From positions 1 to 36,287 of the IMG/VR virus record IMGVR_UViG_3300008112_000002: a stretch of 36,287 nt of DNA; one strand, given 5' to 3'. The notes beneath the pieces are model-generated. The model was not told where the DNA came from and made no database searches. It saw only the letters and a list, made by a program, of their open reading frames with translations. The position numbers were made by a program, and so were the translations under genes. Below, one piece after another: positions 13,421 to 22,288 of the stretch. Each line of letters begins with the position of its first letter. Position 1 is the first letter of the stretch. This DNA comes from a virus.

Positions 13421-14158
13421 TTATTTACTTCCCGCATCTTTGCCGTCGCACTGTGCAACATCAGTCCATGTATTTTTTTCTGCATTCTTAACTTGGCCAA
13501 TCTTTTTAATAGCTGTCCTTTTTTGACTGCTTACTTTTGACCATAGCGCGGCCTTTTGATCAATGTCTAAGGTTTGTATAGCCTTGGTGTATGCGTCGAA
13601 TGCGCCTTGGTCATCAGCGCCTTCAATTTCCATCGAAAAGTCAAGAATTAGGGCGCGTTCCTGTTCGTTACACTTGTCAAAATAGTCCATACCACCTACG
13701 TTAGCGGGTATTTGCATTTTTTTTTCAGCGGGTTTTGGCTTGCTTGTTGCGTTACCATCGTCATCTTCTGGCGCAATGCCACACACTGCCATCAAACTAT
13801 AACGTCGCGCATACGTTAAAGCCGAGCCGTACCCTTGCGGGTCTTGCTTGCTTGTTGGTACGCGCAAAATCCCGCCGCTGATCTGCTCACCGCTTTCGTG
13901 CATCAGTATTGTTTCCACCGCCACGCCAGATTCACACTCGTGGGTTTTTTGCATCAGGGCAAAGCCGTTTTTGTGCAGACTGTCGATTACAGCTTCGACG
14001 CAAGCGCTTAAATCAGCGTATCGGCTGCGGAAATGCGGGTTAGTGCTGGTTTTCAGTGCTGCGCCGAATCCTGCCTGGGCGCGTACAAATGCGGCTGATG
14101 CTTTCATTAAATACTCCTCTTCACGTTGTACTGTTTCGTAAAATTCCTGTTGGCTCAT
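13421..14158 (-). CDS. erf: ERF-family single-strand annealing protein
   Basis: 245 aa. NPHFRSRYADLSACVEAV and SALTYARRYSLMAVCGI are hallmark ERF blocks. Confidence 0.8.
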   Translation of the reverse strand: MSQQEFYETVQREEEYLMKASAAFVRAQAGFGAALKTSTNPHFRSRYADLSACVEAVIDSLHKNGFALMQKTHECESGVAVETILMHESGEQISGGILRVPTSKQDPQGYGSALTYARRYSLMAVCGIAPEDDDGNATSKPKPAEKKMQIPANVGGMDYFDKCNEQERALILDFSMEIEGADDQGAFDAYTKAIQTLDIDQKAALWSKVSSQKRTAIKKIGQVKNAEKNTWTDVAQCDGKDAGSK

Positions 14159-14167
14159 AAATCCTCC

Positions 14168-14398
14168 TTATTTAGGTAGTGGCATCCAATTGGTAGGGTT
14201 TTCGTAGGTTGAACTCCAGCCAGAATCCCAATATGCATAAGTCCAGTACCCATCCCAATAATCGGTCATAAACTTGGCGACAACGGGGCGGTCGTCTCCG
14301 TCAATTTTTTCATAAGAACAAGATTCTTGGGTATTCCCACCTTTCAAAAGAACCCATGTACCATCTTTAGGTGCTGTTTTTATAGGCCTCCATTCCAC
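14168..14398 (-). CDS. DUF551-like protein
   Basis: MEWRPIKTAPKDGTWVLL...WMPLPK. Paralog of 9822..9992. Confidence 0.7.
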   Translation of the reverse strand: MEWRPIKTAPKDGTWVLLKGGNTQESCSYEKIDGDDRPVVAKFMTDYWDGYWTYAYWDSGWSSTYENPTNWMPLPK

Positions 14399-14661
14399 TT
14401 AATTTCTCCTGTAGAAATGGTAGGCAGAACCTGTTTGGCCTTTAACTCAACTTTTTTATATGTAGGCTTTATGGCTAGAATATCCAGTTCCAAATGGTTT
14501 ACTATTTCTTTTACCACTTGATTTATGGGTACTTGGTTTGGCAAATAAGAAGCAATATTTTTTGTTGGATATATAGATACGTTACTTTCTAGTGCATCTA
14601 ACCGTTCTTTTAAGTAAGCTAACTGTTCTTTTAATTCAGCTATTTCTTTATTACTAAACAT
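14380..14661 (-). CDS. Hypothetical coiled-coil protein
   Basis: Start MFSNKEIAELKEQLAYLKERL is preceded by CAGGAGAATGAA. The longer track ORF (to 14694) would run through the promoter. Confidence 0.6.
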   Translation of the reverse strand: MFSNKEIAELKEQLAYLKERLDALESNVSIYPTKNIASYLPNQVPINQVVKEIVNHLELDILAIKPTYKKVELKAKQVLPTISTGEIKWNGGL

Positions 14662-14683
14662 TTCATTCTCCTGTAAAACTATA

Positions 14684-14711
14684 ATTATACACACTTAATC
14701 TATTAAATCAA
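14684..14711 (-). promoter_or_regulatory. Sigma70-type promoter (TTGATT-N16-TATAAT)
   Basis: Minus strand reads TTGATTtaatagattaagtgtgTATAAT. Confidence 0.6.
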
Positions 14712-14934
14712 CTTGCCCTTTCAAATATTTTTTTCGGTGCAGCTCCCATCTCACAAATGTTAGCTGTTGCGAGATAATCCTACGCTGTCTTTCCAAGTCG
14801 TCTATGGTCGCTTCAAGCGCGTCCAGCTCAGCCTGGTCGCCGTCTGGTGCAAAAAAAGCAATGGCGTTTTGCCAAGCTCGTCTAAATTTTGATGCTGGGA
14901 AGTACAGTTTGAAAAACTCTTTGATATCAGTCAT
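14695..14934 (-). CDS. Hypothetical protein
   Basis: 79-aa ORF with ATGA coupling upstream. Confidence 0.6.
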   Translation of the reverse strand: MTDIKEFFKLYFPASKFRRAWQNAIAFFAPDGDQAELDALEATIDDLERQRRIISQQLTFVRWELHRKKYLKGQVDLID

Positions 14935-15173
14935 TTCTCACCTCTTGCTAGTATGGCTTCCTCAATAGCTTCAGCGTCTCTACCGGCAGCAACTTCGCTA
15001 CAAAGCGCAGCACACTTTTTGCGTACTTTTGCTTCGAGTAATTCAGCGAAGCGTTCAAGTTCATCGTGCCAATCGGCACCTTCAATCCACACGCGCAGTT
15101 CACCTTCATGGTGCGTAAGCGCGCTACCAAGCCCAGCCTCTTGCGCCATGTGGATAATGTCGTCTTTAATCAT
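14931..15173 (-). CDS. Hypothetical protein
   Basis: 80-aa acidic helical ORF with a TAAATG junction upstream. Confidence 0.6.
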   Translation of the reverse strand: MIKDDIIHMAQEAGLGSALTHHEGELRVWIEGADWHDELERFAELLEAKVRKKCAALCSEVAAGRDAEAIEEAILARGEK

Positions 15174-15305
15174 TTATGCCCCCAATGCCTGAAAAATAGC
15201 CTGCACCTGCTCATAAGTCAGGCCGAAAGAAAGAATTAGCAAAGCCGCAAAAGACACGCCAGCCAGCCCCCAAGTTATGCACTCCATTACAATACGTCCT
15301 ATCAT
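15174..15305 (-). CDS. Small membrane protein (43 aa, below cut-off)
   Basis: MIGRIVMECITWGLAGVSFAALLILSFGLTYEQVQAIFQALGA contains one TM segment. ATGA coupling upstream and TAAATG downstream. Confidence 0.5.
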   Translation of the reverse strand: MIGRIVMECITWGLAGVSFAALLILSFGLTYEQVQAIFQALGA

Positions 15306-15481
15306 TTTGCTTCCTCTAGTATGCGTCTTGCTGTTTTTTGTTCAATGTAGCGCGCAAATAGCTCCAAGTCATCGTAATTAGTCAAATCCATTTCGCGCCA
15401 TTCTTCAAACTTTCCGACTAGGGACTTACCACCCCAAGAAATAGCGCCCGTTTTTGTATGGAAAAACACTTTTGCTTTCAT
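15302..15481 (-). CDS. Hypothetical protein (59 aa, below cut-off)
   Basis: MKAKVFFHTKTGAISWGGKSLVGKFEEWREMDLTNYDDLELFARYIEQKTARRILEEAK fills an otherwise empty gap. Confidence 0.55.
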   Translation of the reverse strand: MKAKVFFHTKTGAISWGGKSLVGKFEEWREMDLTNYDDLELFARYIEQKTARRILEEAK

Positions 15482-15490
15482 TTCATCTTC

Positions 15491-15694
15491 TCAATCTCTA
15501 TCGCCACCATTTTCGTGACGACACGAAAATGCTATGCTTTCTAAATAGTAATCGCGTTGTGAGTTGTTTGCTTTGCGTAGCGTCTCATCATCAATCACAA
15601 TTAGCTTTTTGCCGTGCAACCAAACAATATATGAAGGTTCTATTTCTATCACCTCTTCTATTGTTTTACCTTTGAATTTTCCGAATTCAATCAT
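15491..15694 (-). CDS. DUF3820-like protein
   Basis: FGKFKGKTIEEVIEIEPSYIVWL matches the FGKYKG...P.Y..W signature. Confidence 0.55.
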   Translation of the reverse strand: MIEFGKFKGKTIEEVIEIEPSYIVWLHGKKLIVIDDETLRKANNSQRDYYLESIAFSCRHENGGDRD

Positions 15695-15870
15695 TTCGCC
15701 CTCAACTCTTCCAATTTTTCGCGCAGGCAGTCAGTTAAATACGGGTAACTTGTGCCAGCATTGCCCTCTAAAATGACCGAAACCAGTGTTTCTATGCTGT
15801 AATTGCCGAAGCCAGCAATTTCAATTCTCTCGTCTTTGAAAATTACTGCGTATTTGAATATGCTATTCAT
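15691..15870 (-). CDS. Hypothetical protein
   Basis: The start MNSIFKYAVIF at 15870 overlaps the upstream stop by 8 nt. The track ORF start at 15936 would overlap by 74 nt. Confidence 0.5.
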   Translation of the reverse strand: MNSIFKYAVIFKDERIEIAGFGNYSIETLVSVILEGNAGTSYPYLTDCLREKLEELRAK

Positions 15871-16111
15871 GATTCCACCCGTTCCATGCGTGTACTCGCT
15901 CTTGTTCCGCTTCGATTTTTGGCTGCCAGTATCCATAAACTAACGCTTCAAGCGACGCCGCGACATTCTCCGCGCCAGTGCCGTTGTTGTGGTACTGTTT
16001 CATTGCTTTAAGTAAACGCTCGGCTATTGCCTTGCGCTCCGGTGTCATCTGGTCGAAAAAAATCATTTCGCCAGTGGCTTCTGCAACATTGTGTCCGGTG
16101 TATGGGTTCAT
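15863..16111 (-). CDS. Hypothetical protein, first early gene
   Basis: ATG at 16111 with AGGAGA 5 nt upstream. The track start at 16126 is a TTG. Confidence 0.6.
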   Translation of the reverse strand: MNPYTGHNVAEATGEMIFFDQMTPERKAIAERLLKAMKQYHNNGTGAENVAASLEALVYGYWQPKIEAEQERVHAWNGWNHE

Positions 16112-16143
16112 ATAATCTCCTGTCAATGATTAGTATTATACAC

Positions 16144-16171
16144 ACTCACAAAGACTATGCAAGCAATTTTT
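16144..16171 (-). promoter_or_regulatory. Early sigma70-type promoter (TTGCAT-N16-TATAAT)
   Basis: Minus strand reads TTGCATagtctttgtgagtgtgTATAAT. It lies immediately downstream of the late terminator. Confidence 0.7.
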
Positions 16172-16186
16172 TGTGGCAAAAAAAAG

Positions 16187-16213
16187 CCCGGCACTAGGCC
16201 GGGCGAATTGCTG
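16187..16213 (-). terminator. Rho-independent terminator ending the late/lysis operon
   Basis: Minus strand reads GCCCGGC-CTAGT-GCCGGGC followed by TTTTTTTT, 34 nt after the holin stop. Confidence 0.85.
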
Positions 16214-16246
16214 GACAGGCCAGCCAGGAGATGAAACAACGTCAGT

Positions 16247-16783
16247 TTACTTGCTTTGCCCTCTACTGACAAACCAGTAGCCTATCACCGCCGAAGCCTG
16301 CCCGGTTATCCAAGCGAAAGCCTGCATTGCGGCTTCATATTGTTGCTGCTTGCTCAGGGTTCCCCAGCCAGCGCCTAAGAGCTCGACTAATAGCCAGTTT
16401 AAGTATAACGCCATGCCGACGAGCACAAGTGTCAGGTTAGGCCGTATCAAGCGTCTGTAAACGTCTGTCAATATCAACAACCATGCCCAGCCTTTCGCGC
16501 TCTTAATCTCGTCAGCGTCCAGCGTATCGGCTGCATGCGCTTGTCCTATGGCGGTCATTCTGGCCGATTCTATGCTTCCCTCAGCCTCAGCAACGGCCAC
16601 CTGTAACCTGCCCTCGGCTTCGACTTTGGCTAGTTCTCTATCTTCTTTCCTAAGTTCTAGCTCATGAGCTTGGTCAAGTTTTTTGATCTCAATGTCGGCT
16701 TTTTTGTTCAAGAAGGCAAATATGCCACCGATCAAACTACCGACAGTACTCGACCCTAATATCGCTAAAATTGCGCTTAACAT
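16247..16783 (-). CDS. Holin, 3-TM GTA-holin (DUF3154) type
   Basis: Start MLSAILAILGSSTVGSLIGG with SD GGAGGTGA. It has an N-terminal TM, a central charged coiled coil and two C-terminal TM segments. It is the last gene of the late operon, next to the lysin candidate. Confidence 0.55.
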   Translation of the reverse strand: MLSAILAILGSSTVGSLIGGIFAFLNKKADIEIKKLDQAHELELRKEDRELAKVEAEGRLQVAVAEAEGSIESARMTAIGQAHAADTLDADEIKSAKGWAWLLILTDVYRRLIRPNLTLVLVGMALYLNWLLVELLGAGWGTLSKQQQYEAAMQAFAWITGQASAVIGYWFVSRGQSK

Positions 16784-17202
16784 GTCACCTCCAAAGTAAA
16801 CGGTTTCCCGCCTGCCCAATTCATCAATTTACGCAATGCAGGCCGTGAAACAAGTCCAGCGCGTTGCATACGTCCGTCTGGTATCTTGATTGCGCCTAGT
16901 CTTTCGCACGGGGCTATGCAGCCGTGCAATTGAGTTACCCATCCCTTATCCACATTCCCGGCAAGATTCGACGCATGTATTAAAATATGGTCTCTGCCCG
17001 GTACATTTCTCACCCCGTAAACTCGCCCGAATCGTGGGCTATTGACCAAGGCGCATTCATATGTACCCACCGGAATGCAGCTTACCCGTCTTTGATTTTC
17101 TCGCCACGGCAATTCAACCGTGTGCAAAGTGTTGCCACCAAACAACAAACGTCCGAACGTACCTTGCTCTGTACTCTGTCCACGTTTGAGCGTGACTATC
17201 AT
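16777..17202 (-). CDS. DUF5675-like protein, candidate endolysin
   Basis: GTFGRL....TLHTVELPWRENQRRVSCIPVGTYEC...SPRFGRVYGVRNVPGRDHILIHASN......LHGCI is the DUF5675 pattern with a His...Gly-Cys pair. It occupies the position between membrane lysis proteins and the holin. Confidence 0.5.
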   Translation of the reverse strand: MIVTLKRGQSTEQGTFGRLLFGGNTLHTVELPWRENQRRVSCIPVGTYECALVNSPRFGRVYGVRNVPGRDHILIHASNLAGNVDKGWVTQLHGCIAPCERLGAIKIPDGRMQRAGLVSRPALRKLMNWAGGKPFTLEVTC

Positions 17203-17357
17203 CTGTCTATACAAGAAGCCACGAGCTTGTACTCTTTTGGCATGTCTTTCAATAGCTTTGCCTTGGCCAGTTCGCAGGTTTGTTGTGAGCCGTGAACGGT
17301 CACAACGGGGTGTGTCATAACGCCAGCGACAATAAAAAAGCTAATCAAATAGGTCAT
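17199..17357 (-). CDS. Small membrane/secreted lysis-cassette protein (52 aa, below cut-off)
   Basis: MTYLISFFIVAGVMTHPVVTVHGSQQTCELAKAKLLKDMPKEYKLVASCIDR. ATGA overlaps at both ends. No lipobox. Confidence 0.5.
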   Translation of the reverse strand: MTYLISFFIVAGVMTHPVVTVHGSQQTCELAKAKLLKDMPKEYKLVASCIDR

Positions 17358-17623
17358 TTTTCCACCTTCACCAATCTTTGCTCAATCTGCACAATTTTTG
17401 CGTCGATTATCTGGTCTTTAACTTTTAGTTCCATGAGTTCTTTTGACATAGCTTGTTGAGTTTGCATAACCTCTTTTCCCAATCTCACAGCGCTTTCTAG
17501 CTGTGTTTTAAGGTCAGATGCTTGCCAACCGGCATAAAACAGAGAAGAAGCCACCACCCCAAACCCGCCTATTAGCCAAGTTATTGGAACTTCGTACCTT
17601 ACCGTTAATCTTTGCTGTTCCAT
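17354..17623 (-). CDS. Membrane-anchored coiled-coil protein (Rz-like i-spanin or holin partner)
   Basis: 89 aa with an N-terminal TM (ITWLIGGFGVVASSLFYAGW) followed by a coiled coil. Confidence 0.45.
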   Translation of the reverse strand: MEQQRLTVRYEVPITWLIGGFGVVASSLFYAGWQASDLKTQLESAVRLGKEVMQTQQAMSKELMELKVKDQIIDAKIVQIEQRLVKVEK

Positions 17624-17798
17624 AAGTCCCTTTTCCCACCCAAAGCGTATTCTATATCTGCCGGACTAGGCACTTCCTTGAAAGTGTAACGCCAGCCGTT
17701 TGCATTCAAATCATCTACACCTGCACGCAAATACCTCAAATAGTACATTTTTATCTACTGTCGGAAAATGTAAATAACACCTTTTTATGCTCAAAAAA

Positions 17799-19925
17799 TT
17801 ACGCTTCCGCAATTCCGAATCTTTTCCACGTTCCGGGTGATCCTGCTGTTATACACAACGATCCAGTATAACCGCCAGCTAAAGCGCCGCCACTAAATAA
17901 AATCCTGTCTCCTGCTTGCCATGTTCCGCTTGGTGGCGTTGTATCTGCTGATAAAAAACTTCTATTTGCTGTGAAAATTCCAATATAATTTTGGCTTACT
18001 TGGTCATATACTTTTTGAATTGGGATAATCCTTTGGCCAGAATATGCGGTTCCAGCGCTACCTTTATAAATGTTGTTGACAAAAACAGATGCTGTGTCGT
18101 AGTCACCGTCAGTTGCTAAAACATAAGCAATGCCACCTGTCACTACCTCTCTGACAGTACAATTCAACACTGAGATGTTAGTTCCAGCGGTTCCCACCAC
18201 AATGCCTCTATTTTGAATATCTTCACTATAACTACCAGAAAAACAGTTTTGCACGGTGACATCAACTCCACCATCAACAATGATCCCGCACTTTGTCGTC
18301 CATGATGACCATATACCGTTCCTTTGTGCTTGTACTCCATCAATAATTATTGACCTGATATTTGCATTGTTTTTGATCGCAATTCCATCGCGTTGTGAGT
18401 AATAATAATTGCCTTTTTCTATTTTGATATTTGATGAGCTTTGATCTATATATAAACCATAATTATGATTGAAACAGTTAGCATCCTTAACATACACCCC
18501 GTTTACAAATTCTAAACGTATGCCATCCTCATTAGTATTTGCGCCAATACCTGCCGTGGTGAATTGTTCTAAAGTAATATCACCTTGCATAATGGTGTCG
18601 AATATAGGCGAATAACCACCACCAACTGCACCAGCAATATTGTCTGCATAAGTATCAATATATGCGCCAAACAGTCTGGAATTAGTACCTTGTACGTTTT
18701 TGATACTGTTACCACGACAAGCAAAAAACCTAACAGCACTTTGTGCAAATTCAAAACCTAAATCACCGCCAACATGGTTATAAATTGCATATGTTGTACC
18801 TGCTGTTTTGATGTTTTCAGCCTTGATTCCATAACAAGCGCTTAAACGTATCGCCCTAGTTCCTATATCAGGCGACGCAAGTGGAAACGACAAATTTCCT
18901 GTCGTTAGGTTTCTAATTATGATGTTATTCGGATGCGTTGTATAACATAATCCGGCATCATAATCCGTTCGAGTCTGAGGGATGTTGGATGACGACACAG
19001 TACCGACGTTGCCCCAGTCAAAATGAATACCGCTGCAAGTGCTTGAGTCTGGTATGTATATGTTTTCAAGAATACCATTGTGAATACCACCCATGCCTTG
19101 CAGAGCAGGACAGTTAGGGCGAGTTGTATGCAAGGTTATATTTTTAATAAACCAGTTATTTGCATATTGGTAATACCCTGGGTTTCCAGGTGTATAACCT
19201 TGGTTATTAGCCTCTCCTAATGATATAGCAGCATGCCAAAAATACTGGCTAGATGGAGAGCCTGTTGATATTGCGTAGATTGAACCGTTTTCTATTCCAG
19301 AATTTGTTCCTATTCTTACACCAGGTACATCACCACTTCCCAGCGTCATATTCCAGCAAGCACCGCACATATCAACTTTGACATTATTTTTAATCGCCGG
19401 GGCAGGACTCATTGCATAAGTTTTCCCATTTTCACAAAACAATTTTCCGCCACCTATAGACTCCAAATAATCAATAGCAGTCTGAATAGCCGAGTAATCG
19501 TTAGTTACGCCATTACCAACGGCACCAAAATCTTTTATTGACACAAACTGCGCTAATTTAACTTCAACATTTGTGGGTGAAGAATTAGGAAATGGCGGGT
19601 CGTATGCAATACCTTGAGAGTCAGGATTAATACCTGATGCGTCATTGAATGTATATATTAGTATCCCTTTTTTATCCTGCACCAAAATACTAAAATTAGG
19701 CGAATCTACATACACCTGAGCCGGTGTTCCAGAATTAGATATATAACCATTCAACGTGCGCAACGGTTGCGCTGCCGGTATCGTTAGATCACGGTCAAAA
19801 TAGACTTGAAGCGGGTTTGTTTGTGGCGCTAGATAAGGCTGCCCTATCCAGACATAACCAGCATCTAAAGGCTGGCCGTCACTGTCTTGGAATACTGGGA
19901 AAGGTACTTGTACGGATAAGGGCAT
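17799..19925 (-). CDS. Tailspike, right-handed beta-helix / pectate-lyase-3 type depolymerase
   Basis: 708 aa. The particle-binding N-terminus is followed by KDFGAVGNGVTNDYSAIQTAIDYL (Pectate_lyase_3 opening) and many beta-helix rungs rich in N/G/I. Confidence 0.8.
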   Translation of the reverse strand: MPLSVQVPFPVFQDSDGQPLDAGYVWIGQPYLAPQTNPLQVYFDRDLTIPAAQPLRTLNGYISNSGTPAQVYVDSPNFSILVQDKKGILIYTFNDASGINPDSQGIAYDPPFPNSSPTNVEVKLAQFVSIKDFGAVGNGVTNDYSAIQTAIDYLESIGGGKLFCENGKTYAMSPAPAIKNNVKVDMCGACWNMTLGSGDVPGVRIGTNSGIENGSIYAISTGSPSSQYFWHAAISLGEANNQGYTPGNPGYYQYANNWFIKNITLHTTRPNCPALQGMGGIHNGILENIYIPDSSTCSGIHFDWGNVGTVSSSNIPQTRTDYDAGLCYTTHPNNIIIRNLTTGNLSFPLASPDIGTRAIRLSACYGIKAENIKTAGTTYAIYNHVGGDLGFEFAQSAVRFFACRGNSIKNVQGTNSRLFGAYIDTYADNIAGAVGGGYSPIFDTIMQGDITLEQFTTAGIGANTNEDGIRLEFVNGVYVKDANCFNHNYGLYIDQSSSNIKIEKGNYYYSQRDGIAIKNNANIRSIIIDGVQAQRNGIWSSWTTKCGIIVDGGVDVTVQNCFSGSYSEDIQNRGIVVGTAGTNISVLNCTVREVVTGGIAYVLATDGDYDTASVFVNNIYKGSAGTAYSGQRIIPIQKVYDQVSQNYIGIFTANRSFLSADTTPPSGTWQAGDRILFSGGALAGGYTGSLCITAGSPGTWKRFGIAEA

Positions 19926-22288
19926 TATTGTTGCTCCTGAGTAGATACCGCTGTTAAACCTGATCTAATCCAGATCATTTGATCTTCTAACTTAATTGGC
20001 AAATTTGCAGCGCGCGCAAAGTTTTTGAATTGTTGAGATAGCACCAACTTGCGTAATTGTTGCTCACTAACTTTCGTTCCTTTAGTGGCGGCCTCTACTG
20101 CCAACTTTTGAAACTCTGGGCTTTTGAACAAATCAGATGCTTTTTGTACGGTTGCTGCGCCGCTATTAGTCATCCATTTCACAATGTCTGGCGCAATAAA
20201 TCCACCGCCCGGCACTGTGCTTGCCACTCCAGTTGCGATACGTTGCGCCATTGCGCTTTCCATTACCTTGCCAGTGATTCCATTAACTGCATTTTCAGCA
20301 AGTATCTGGTTTGCTTTCCCGGTCTGTGGTATCCGAGCGCTGGCATCCGCTACACGTTTTGATAGCTCATAAAGTGCTTGAGATGTTTTTTCCCAATCCT
20401 TGCCCATTATTTTTGCAAACTGAGCATAAACTGGCGGATTGGCTCTCAATCCTCGATAAACCTTAACATATTCTGTCGGGCTGAAAGCCACTTCAGCACC
20501 AGCACGACCAGCCGCTCGGCCTTGAGTAACTGCGGCTAGTCCGGTAGCCAAAGTCTGGCGTTTGAGCTCATCAGGAACAGTATTCATCACTTTCATTAAC
20601 TTATTAAACTGTGCAGAACTCCCGCCCTTACCTGCCGCGCCGCTAATAGATGAAACAATCAAATTACCGACGCTTCCGTCAATCTCTTTTCCAAATGCAC
20701 CAATAATTCGATTTTCAAGCCCTTTTTGTTTTGCTGTGAGTAAGTTTGCTGCCTTGAGTTGTTTCGCTAAATCATCGCCGCCAATCACTGCAACATTGTC
20801 TAACTGGTCTTTAGCTAATGCCCCATATAATCTTTTGAGCGTAGCCGACGTCATGTCGCCATATTCAGACTGTAACCCGCCTATGGCCTTACCAATAGAG
20901 TCTTTTTCGCGCAACAAACGACCATAAGTGATATTGCCTTCATCTAGTATTTTGAAAAGATTTTTTTCTTGCGGTTTTAATCCGTTTTCCCCTACCTCGG
21001 ATATTATTTCATCCAGAGACTGGCGCAAATTTGAAAGTTCAACAGTTGAGCTTTTTTGCATGGAATTATCAACCGCATCATATAATTGACGCGCTTCTTT
21101 GTTTAAGTCTGATCTTGTTGTTTTTAATGTATTAAGTATGTTTTCAGATACCGCACCTGTAGCTGGCCTTCCTTCAATAAAAGCCGCGTCGAATTGCTGT
21201 GATATTTCGTCGCCACGCGACATAAAGTTGCGCAGCGTTTTTTCCCATGCCGCCTCTGCTTCACCTCCAACCAGCGCCCTAGTTAAACCAACAGCGCTCC
21301 TAACTTGCGGATTATCTGCAAATACATCAATTGGCAAATCTATCCCTAACTGATCTGCCATTTGTTTTGCTTGCGGATTTATCTGTGATAATTCAGCAAG
21401 TTTTTCGCGCGCCGCCGTTGAGCCCGGCATGATTCCTGATGCTTTTTTTGCCAAACCCAGCACATCAACAGCACCGCGCATGTCTGTTTCTGGAATTGCG
21501 GCAACAGTCTCTGGAATTGCAGCACTAGGAACGGTTTTCGGTGCAACCGCAACAGGAGCAGTTTGGGTAGCCGCTTGTTGAGCAGGAACAGTCTCTGGTA
21601 CTGCTGCCATTGGCGCGCCAGGTTGAGTTACAGGGCGCTGCCTTATTCTTTGCAGTGCCTGTCTTGCTATCGGCGTAGCCGCTTGTATTCCTTTTTGCAG
21701 CCCCAAACCAAAAGCGCCGCCAGCACCAGCCATGCCAACATCAGCAACATCAAACGTGCCACCAGTGCCAGCTTGCGTAGCTTCGATGGCTGCTTGAGTG
21801 CCTGCGCCAAAAGCAACAGCGCCAGGAATTGTTCTGCTTAATGCGGCCATAGGAGCGCGCGCTGGTGTGAATGCTGCAATGCCACCAAGCGCACGTGGGA
21901 TGTCACCCATCGTGAAGCCTGGGGGTATGGCATATTCTTTTTGATCGACCGATGAGCGCATCAAGTAGTTTCCCTTGGCATCTTGACGAACTTGCACACC
22001 TGGAAAGTTTGCTTTTAGTATCTGAACGGTTTCTTTAGGATTCGACAACAACGTACCAAGCGCAGTCTTAAAGGATGCCACGCTCATTTGATTAAGCTCT
22101 GGCATTCCAGTCCATTCTGGCAGTGTTTGAGTTTCTGGCGTTGCTCTACGTGAGCCGGTAATCATTTCCCCAATTGATGCTATAAAACCGGGTTTTTGTT
22201 CTACTGGTTTTGTTATTGGCAAATCAGACTCAGGAACAGTCTGCCCTTTCAATTCATCCGGCAAATCAGATAATGGAACTGGCGTCAT
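19925..22288 (-). CDS. Large internal virion / DNA-ejection protein (gp16 position)
   Basis: About 787 aa, Ala/Gly/Gln-rich. ATGA overlap with the upstream gene (alternative ATG at 22300). It is the last of three ejection-type genes before the tailspike. Confidence 0.6.
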   Translation of the reverse strand: MTPVPLSDLPDELKGQTVPESDLPITKPVEQKPGFIASIGEMITGSRRATPETQTLPEWTGMPELNQMSVASFKTALGTLLSNPKETVQILKANFPGVQVRQDAKGNYLMRSSVDQKEYAIPPGFTMGDIPRALGGIAAFTPARAPMAALSRTIPGAVAFGAGTQAAIEATQAGTGGTFDVADVGMAGAGGAFGLGLQKGIQAATPIARQALQRIRQRPVTQPGAPMAAVPETVPAQQAATQTAPVAVAPKTVPSAAIPETVAAIPETDMRGAVDVLGLAKKASGIMPGSTAAREKLAELSQINPQAKQMADQLGIDLPIDVFADNPQVRSAVGLTRALVGGEAEAAWEKTLRNFMSRGDEISQQFDAAFIEGRPATGAVSENILNTLKTTRSDLNKEARQLYDAVDNSMQKSSTVELSNLRQSLDEIISEVGENGLKPQEKNLFKILDEGNITYGRLLREKDSIGKAIGGLQSEYGDMTSATLKRLYGALAKDQLDNVAVIGGDDLAKQLKAANLLTAKQKGLENRIIGAFGKEIDGSVGNLIVSSISGAAGKGGSSAQFNKLMKVMNTVPDELKRQTLATGLAAVTQGRAAGRAGAEVAFSPTEYVKVYRGLRANPPVYAQFAKIMGKDWEKTSQALYELSKRVADASARIPQTGKANQILAENAVNGITGKVMESAMAQRIATGVASTVPGGGFIAPDIVKWMTNSGAATVQKASDLFKSPEFQKLAVEAATKGTKVSEQQLRKLVLSQQFKNFARAANLPIKLEDQMIWIRSGLTAVSTQEQQ

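Noticed and set aside
17605-17748. 47-aa ORF (MYYLRYLRAGVDDLNANGWRYTF...) between the tailspike and the lysis genes
   Set aside because: It has no SD, and a possible promoter -10 (TAAAAT) overlaps its ATG. It might be leaderless, but the evidence is too thin to call.
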